Virus record (IMG/VR): IMGVR_UViG_3300046467_003049
Source: an uncultured virus (IMG/VR IMGVR_UViG_3300046467_003049)
Taxonomy: Duplodnaviria; Heunggongvirae; Uroviricota; Caudoviricetes
Reading direction: 5' to 3' (one strand)
Length of the DNA: 55,438 nucleotides
Both the position numbers and the translations under genes were made by a program. The notes under the pieces were generated by a model. The model had not been told where the DNA came from. It saw nothing but the letters and a program-made list of their open reading frames with translations, and ran no database searches. This document shows, one piece after another, positions 49,676 to 55,438 of this stretch (positions are counted from its first letter, which is position 1; each line of letters opens with the position of its first letter).

Positions 49676-49842
49676 AGATTGAACATCAATTACCTGTTGG
49701 TTTGCTGGTTATATACTAACACCATTTAACAGCCTTATATTGGCAGTAGATGACTTAGTATTGTAATCAACAATATTTATTCTGCCATATACAACATAAC
49801 CAAGTAAAGCACCATTTAAGGTGCCTCACATGTCATAAAACA

Positions 49843-50850
49843 CTACACGCCAATAGGCAGTAAAATCTCTGTATCTGCCATTAATTTGTTGGTCTTTTCA
49901 AGCTCAGATTGCTTTTCTTTAATCGCTAACTCATCATCAAAGTTAATAATACCAGACAGCATATTATCCATCCAAGCTTCGTGATCGCTCAATCTTTTAG
50001 CTTTTTGTTCTGGCGTCTCATTGGCTATACGCTCTAACGCTTCAGCCTCTAATTTAAGCTCAGCATCCAAGTCACTCTGCGTTGGAAACTTAATAGACTC
50101 AAAACCCATCAGGAAAGAAAAGTATTTGCTTTTTGACAACTCTATTAGCAATTCTTCGCCATTACCAATCATCAAAGGCTCATCAATATATTTTTTATAA
50201 AATGGTACTAATACATTCAGAATATCTGCTGTGTTATTGTTGCTCGCGCAGCTCATACCATGTTGATATATGCCGTTAACCAACCACTCATAAAACTCTA
50301 TACCTACCGACTCAACAGAGCCTTTAGCGTATTTCGGAGCTAGCTTTTCAAGCACGCTATATGTTCTTTCATGACTACCTTTAAAGCCAGTATAATCTGC
50401 CATTAAATAACCATGCATTTCATCTTCTACGTAAGTTAATGGAGTTAACCCCATCATCACTTGACCATACTTAGTTTTCATTTCCTGCGCTAAAACATCA
50501 ATCGTGTTAGAGCTGATCCCTTTCCATGAAGCATCAAAAATACGGGTGCTAACATCATCGATAAAGCGATAAATCAAACACAAAGAGTCATAGTCAGAAC
50601 CACAAACATAATTGCTATTAGTTGCCATTAAAGCTCTACGATGGTCTACAAAGTCTGCATAGTCTTTACCCATCTCTTTAGCTGCTGCAAAGTTAATGTA
50701 TTGCGTAGATGAATAACGCGAATCAATCACACCACGCATAAACACTTCTTCAACCATAAGCTCAAACCATTCACCCTGGGTGCCTGCCCAAATAGATGAA
50801 ATAAAATCGCTTAATAACTTTGATTCTTGCTTAAAATTAATAGTATTCAT
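49843..50850 (-). CDS. hypothetical protein (335 aa)
   Basis: Long ORF, own promoter, CACACAC leader. Confidence 0.8.
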   Translation of the reverse strand: MNTINFKQESKLLSDFISSIWAGTQGEWFELMVEEVFMRGVIDSRYSSTQYINFAAAKEMGKDYADFVDHRRALMATNSNYVCGSDYDSLCLIYRFIDDVSTRIFDASWKGISSNTIDVLAQEMKTKYGQVMMGLTPLTYVEDEMHGYLMADYTGFKGSHERTYSVLEKLAPKYAKGSVESVGIEFYEWLVNGIYQHGMSCASNNNTADILNVLVPFYKKYIDEPLMIGNGEELLIELSKSKYFSFLMGFESIKFPTQSDLDAELKLEAEALERIANETPEQKAKRLSDHEAWMDNMLSGIINFDDELAIKEKQSELEKTNKLMADTEILLPIGV

Positions 50851-50944
50851 AAGTGTGTGCTCTGCAATTTGTTTGTATAATCATATTATCATAATGAAAT
50901 ATTTTGTCAAGAAAAAAGGCACCTAAAATAGATGCCTTTTCAAA

Positions 50945-51187
50945 TCAACTTACATGTTTTAAATCATACTTCATTGCTTCAACTGCAACCTTTTCTGACT
51001 TGGTTAAACCATCTACCTTACGACGATTACAGCACATTAAACAACTACAATCATTAGGTGTATCAATAGAAGAACTTAACTGTACTACCGTTCTATTCTC
51101 CCCTAATCCGTGATAGTTACCTCTTACTCGTTTAACCTTTAATCTTTCACGTTGTGCACGTCGATAAGCGCGTTTGTTTTCTTTCAT
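50945..51187 (-). CDS. basic Cys-containing hypothetical protein
   Basis: RAYRRAQRERLK...TP..CSC.MCCN.RK; GGAG SD. Confidence 0.7.
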   Translation of the reverse strand: MKENKRAYRRAQRERLKVKRVRGNYHGLGENRTVVQLSSSIDTPNDCSCLMCCNRRKVDGLTKSEKVAVEAMKYDLKHVS

Positions 51188-51440
51188 CAGTCATTACTCC
51201 AAAGTTCAAAACTCTGGTGGCACATGCTTCCACATACCACCTGATCGTGAACCGAAACAAACAACTTGATGTAAATATTTTATTCATAAAACACCCCGTA
51301 ACAGGTAAGTAAAGCTTTAATAAATTGATGCGTTTATATTATCATAATGAGTTTTTTAGTCAATGTTTAATATGCCATTACACAATAAAAAAGGCACTCA
51401 TAACAAGTGCCTTTTTCACATCTACAAAACTGTTACATCG

Positions 51441-52142
51441 TTATTTTATATATGTTAAATAAAAGTGGAATATACCTACATCCTCACCATAACAATGAAC
51501 ATCAACACCCACATGAGCATTACCAGAATACTCAAATATACCACCTACATAAGATTTCCAATGTCCGTTTTTCATTGCAGCAGGCGTTCTTACATTTGTT
51601 ATTTTAAGCAAATATTTAGTTGTGATCTGCCAGTTAAAACCATTAAATTCCACAGTGCAATCAGTTGGCATATTAATACTATCACTACATACATTGTATC
51701 TTTTTCTACCATGGGTAAACACTGAAATCTCATGGACTTTATTTACAAAAGCAATAGCCGACATCGCATCTTCATCATCTAGGTCGATATCCAAATAGAT
51801 AGCTAAAGCACAATGCTCATCAGTATATTCAGGTACGGCAACAACAACTTCCTCTTGAACTTCTTCAATTGCTTCTACATCAATAGCACCGCTTTTATGC
51901 AACTTGATTTCTACTTTACTACCATCATAACTGATGATGTCATATGCCGTTGCATCTTCCCAATATTCGAAGTTCTCAAAGCTTACTGGCGTAATAACAA
52001 GCTCTAACATATCACCATCAATGCGATCAGTGAATATTGAAATAGTTCCCGCTTCAATGCGACCTATTGTAAACGTAGAGTCTTTAAACTCCTTAGGGAT
52101 TTTACTTAAAAATACGATATTTCCATCGACACCAATAATCAT
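51441..52142 (-). CDS. hypothetical protein
   Basis: CACACACAAG leader, own promoter. Confidence 0.75.
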   Translation of the reverse strand: MIIGVDGNIVFLSKIPKEFKDSTFTIGRIEAGTISIFTDRIDGDMLELVITPVSFENFEYWEDATAYDIISYDGSKVEIKLHKSGAIDVEAIEEVQEEVVVAVPEYTDEHCALAIYLDIDLDDEDAMSAIAFVNKVHEISVFTHGRKRYNVCSDSINMPTDCTVEFNGFNWQITTKYLLKITNVRTPAAMKNGHWKSYVGGIFEYSGNAHVGVDVHCYGEDVGIFHFYLTYIK

Positions 52143-52277
52143 TTTTCTTCTCGCTTGTGTGTGTTTTCAGTACGTATATATTATCATAATGAAATATTTT
52201 ATCAAGAGATTTCGCTTCATTTAAAACAAAAAAAACACCCCGAAGGATGCCTTTTTATCAGGTGAAGACTTAAGCTT

Positions 52278-52538
52278 CTACGCAAACATTTCTAAGTTCA
52301 TAAACTTGATCATGCCATCAACTAAATAGTTCAAAAAATGAAACACATCACCATTATTGAAATCGATTTTGGTACACGTTTCGATAATCTTTTCTTGGTC
52401 TTTAGGGTTTACTTGCTCACAAAACTCAATCAAGTTTTCCCACGTTAAACCAATGTGACCATCGCGCTCAACCGCAGTATCAACAGTCTGACCTTTCTCT
52501 GTGATTAAGTTGGTTAAGTAAGTTCTAATATTTTGCAT
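52278..52538 (-). CDS. hypothetical protein
   Basis: CACACACACACAAG leader, own promoter. Confidence 0.8.
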   Translation of the reverse strand: MQNIRTYLTNLITEKGQTVDTAVERDGHIGLTWENLIEFCEQVNPKDQEKIIETCTKIDFNNGDVFHFLNYLVDGMIKFMNLEMFA

Positions 52539-52679
52539 TTTTCTGCTCGCTTGTGTGTGTGTGTTTTCAATACATATATATTATCAAAATGAAAAATATT
52601 GTCAAGGTTTTATATGCCATTTAAAACAAAAAAAACATCCCGAAGGATGCCTTTTTATAATGCGGTATTCAACAGCTAT

Positions 52680-52901
52680 CTAATGAATTACCGTTGAGAA
52701 TGGTATTGAATAATCACCCATATGATATCCATGTGTACCTTTTTTAACATAGCTTTTAATATCATTAACAATAGACTTTGGATCTACTGCAAATTTCGTA
52801 TTAAGACCAACCTTAGACGCATGGTATTGAGCAAATGCCATCAATGGTTCGTTATGTGAGTAAGTAACTTCTTCGCCAGTAAAAAGATTAATAAGTTTCA
52901 T
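52680..52901 (-). CDS. hypothetical protein
   Basis: CACACACAAGG leader, own promoter. Confidence 0.75.
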   Translation of the reverse strand: MKLINLFTGEEVTYSHNEPLMAFAQYHASKVGLNTKFAVDPKSIVNDIKSYVKKGTHGYHMGDYSIPFSTVIH

Positions 52902-53047
52902 AATTGTCTGCCTTGTGTGTGTTAACTCAGTAGGTAAATATTATCAAAATGAAATAATAAAGTCAAATAAATATCGCACAATTAACCACTAAAACCTCAT
53001 GCTTTAACACAAGGCTCTGCTCACACAAGCAAACCAAACAATCGCAC

Positions 53048-53445
53048 CTAAGCAAGCACATTATGCAACTTAAATGACACCTCTAACGAGAAGTCACCAA
53101 GGTAATCCAACAGCACAACACCACCGTTAAACTTCATTCTATCAATATAGTCTGGGGTAACACTACACTCCAACAACTTACCGCCTAACACACCTGTTCT
53201 AAAGATATACTCATTTCGGTTTATCTCAACAAGTGACAACGGACAAGTCATAAAACCTTCAGGTATCGCTACTAGGGCTTGTAGTGTTCTTATATGCTCG
53301 TTCAATGTATTTACTGGCAAACGAAGTAAGCTTTTGCGTATATCATCATCTATATCTTGATCACTCAACACATCGCCTTCCAAATGCATTAACGTAAAAC
53401 TAAACCAACAATATCGTTATAAATCCTATCCTGATAATCCAACAT
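53048..53445 (-). pseudogene. disrupted paralog of 53511..54011 and 54072..54533
   Basis: MLDYQDRIYNDIVGLVLR* matches the paralog N-termini, then a deletion/frameshift into the 53048..53389 frame. Confidence 0.55.
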
Positions 53446-53510
53446 AACTCACACCACCAATTAAATAAAAACAAATACTACACGTATACAGCAATCATAA
53501 AAAAAACAAC

Positions 53511-54011
53511 CTACACTAACGGTTCATCTACAACTTCTTTAACATTAAACCCTATAGAACCATCAACCAAATACTTCCACAAAGGCTTAGTGCAAAGATA
53601 ATCAAAATCAACCAAGCTCTCTGGTGTAAACTCGACAACACACGCAAATTCTTTTGCATTCAGTGTGAAAGCACGTATCTCATAAACCCCACCTTTAATA
53701 GAATGAATAATATAGGTAGTGTAGTTAATACAACTCTCAGGGATAGACACAATTTGCTTTATTTCTTCAGCCCTAGATAACAATACATCTACAGGCGTAT
53801 CCTTCAAACCTACGCGCAAAACATCAGAAATATCATCATCAGACATAACCTCAACTTCACTTCCTTCACGCGTTGTTATTGCATCTTTGTCTATACTGTA
53901 AAAATACAAACCACCTAACAACCTTCTTAAACAAATAAACTTAATCTGATTGCGCTCACACAGTGTTAGAGCAACAATTACATCGATAACCTTTGAACTA
54001 CAGTACTCCAT
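53511..54011 (-). CDS. hypothetical protein, three-member paralog family
   Basis: IPE, TP and YL.D motifs shared. Confidence 0.75.
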   Translation of the reverse strand: MEYCSSKVIDVIVALTLCERNQIKFICLRRLLGGLYFYSIDKDAITTREGSEVEVMSDDDISDVLRVGLKDTPVDVLLSRAEEIKQIVSIPESCINYTTYIIHSIKGGVYEIRAFTLNAKEFACVVEFTPESLVDFDYLCTKPLWKYLVDGSIGFNVKEVVDEPLV

Positions 54012-54071
54012 AAAACACTCACTTACTGGCCAATAAAAAGAAACTAAAACGCATACCCAAGGACATTAACC

Positions 54072-54533
54072 TTAGATTAATTTAATACTAAACCTCATTG
54101 AACTATCAGACAGATAACCCACTAAGGAAGAGCTTCCATTGAACTTAAAATCAATCGGGTTATCTGGTGTCACCTCAAGACTAAACCTCTCCTTTCTTGT
54201 CCATGGACTAACCTTATAAACACCATTTTCAATCGTATCCAAATACAACCAAGCATTAATCAGATCTTCAGGAATAAGTGACAATTCTTTTAACTCTTTC
54301 CAGTGTATTAGTAACTCATCAACAGCAACAACATTAAAACTTTCGCGTATGTCTTCGCTAATTTTCTTATCGTCAACTACTACACCATTAACATTAGTTA
54401 CTATACCGCTATCCTTATCGCACTCATAAGAATCACTGAGTATTCTACCTAGATAAACGCCTTTAACGAGATTGTTCAAACCTAACACTAAAGAGATTAT
54501 CTCATCGATGATTTTGCCATTACTTTCTTTCAT
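54072..54533 (-). CDS. hypothetical protein, three-member paralog family
   Basis: Shared motifs and similar upstream DNA. Confidence 0.75.
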   Translation of the reverse strand: MKESNGKIIDEIISLVLGLNNLVKGVYLGRILSDSYECDKDSGIVTNVNGVVVDDKKISEDIRESFNVVAVDELLIHWKELKELSLIPEDLINAWLYLDTIENGVYKVSPWTRKERFSLEVTPDNPIDFKFNGSSSLVGYLSDSSMRFSIKLI

Positions 54534-54673
54534 AAAACGTTCACTTATTGGTTAATAAAACGAGCTTTCAAATTAATTCAAAATGATAATAAAGAACTAC
54601 GAATTAATTGATTTCAAATACAAGAAAACGCCCCTAAGAGCGCATTACTTAATAAATATTGGCTACAAACAAC

Positions 54674-55024
54674 TTAGTTTTTCAAGCCAGTAAATAACGG
54701 ATGTACAGCCTTAAACAACGAGTCATCAACAGATAATTCTTTCGGATCTGCCATTTCATCCTTGCCAGTATTAATAGCATCAACCAACAATTCTCTAAAC
54801 TGGATCAGCTCAGCAATCGTGCTATCAATTTCATCTACTAACATGACTTGACTAGCTTCTTTGTCAAGCTCTTCAACAAAATCTATTTGCTCTGATGGTT
54901 CGTCAGTGCCAACCTCACCACACAAAACAACCAACTCATTAAGAGCTAAATTTGCTACGCTGGCGTGAATATCACCCTCTACTTTTGATACCGCTTCAAG
55001 TATTGTTTTTAAAGTTAATGGCAT
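54674..55024 (-). CDS. acidic hypothetical protein
   Basis: AAGGA SD, CACACAC leader, own promoter. Confidence 0.75.
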   Translation of the reverse strand: MPLTLKTILEAVSKVEGDIHASVANLALNELVVLCGEVGTDEPSEQIDFVEELDKEASQVMLVDEIDSTIAELIQFRELLVDAINTGKDEMADPKELSVDDSLFKAVHPLFTGLKN

Positions 55025-55249
55025 TTGAGAATCCTTAATTAGTGTGTGTTTATTTAGTGTATTTATATTATCATAATGAGAATCTATGTCAATACTTTTA
55101 CTAGTTTTAGGCTTGAAATATCAATATATTTAGCGTGATAACAACAATTAAAATGACGGTGTAACCACCAGTAAACAACCGTACTATATGGCAGTTTAAA
55201 CAACAGCCAAACACCACATTCACCGACAAAATAAATAGCATGTCGATAG

Positions 55250-55438
55250 CTATTTAGATGCCGATATACCCTTGCTGCTTTCCTCTCTTACCATACCATC
55301 ATCGTCAATAATTAAACCCTTAACAGAATCCATCACCGCACTTTCAACCTCTTTCCACGCTTCCATAGCACTAGCATCTTGCTCAGACAAATACTCCTGC
55401 ATATACCTGATGATTGTATTAGTTACACGTTTTTTCAT
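55250..55438 (-). CDS. hypothetical protein (5' end at window edge)
   Basis: ORF track. Confidence 0.55.
   Translation of the reverse strand: MKKRVTNTIIRYMQEYLSEQDASAMEAWKEVESAVMDSVKGLIIDDDGMVREESSKGISASK

Larger units (their letters stand above)
870..55095. promoter_or_regulatory. dispersed promoter family 1 (~40 copies): AAATGATTGACA -35, most with a TTATCATWATGAA-type palindrome
   Basis: e.g. 3642, 9018, 13271, 17257, 21048, 28222, 29641, 34721, 38593, 40081, 40760, 42160, 50887, 52181, 55068. Confidence 0.85.

Noticed and set aside
174..52224. Numerous 60-140 aa ORFs antisense to better genes (e.g. 174..389, 8023..8400, 12315..12590, 36279..36656, 42132..42563, 51934..52224)
   Set aside because: They overlap ORFs that have promoters, SDs or paralogs and lack their own signals; treated as shadow ORFs
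870..55095. Fur boxes in family-1 promoters (TGATAAT)
   Set aside because: Only a half-site; the symmetry centre is TCATWATGA, not TGATAAT-N-ATTATCA, and TGATAATAT also fits an extended -10

Overview
AT-rich, gene-dense accessory region of a large extrachromosomal element (jumbo phage early region or megaplasmid). The host is probably a PEP-CTERM-using marine gammaproteobacterium; both points are inference, since no replication, structural or conjugation genes are in the window. It holds about 100 short, mostly minus-strand hypothetical genes, many as one-gene cassettes with their own sigma70-type promoter and terminator. Recognisable products: four PEP-CTERM surface proteins, an IS200/IS605 TnpB with both element ends, a glycine-zipper lipoprotein, a GNAT acetyltransferase, a macro-domain protein, a split DUF2591/NinX-like gene and a cold-shock protein. 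The main signal is non-coding. (1) A minus-strand RNA with four hairpins, each with a UGUGUGUG loop, is complementary to a CACACACA leader motif found before ~25-30 genes here. (2) Two divergent copies of a dumbbell RNA: a tRNA body fused through the anticodon stem to a circularly permuted tRNA. (3) A 470-bp Tn7-type mini-transposon with a 5-bp TSD and one cargo gene, splitting a resident gene. (4) Three promoter families, each with its own palindromic operator, two with a candidate small repressor nearby. (5) A structured leader RNA at ~30.85-31.11 kb and a 43-bp inverted repeat bracketing the macro-domain gene.
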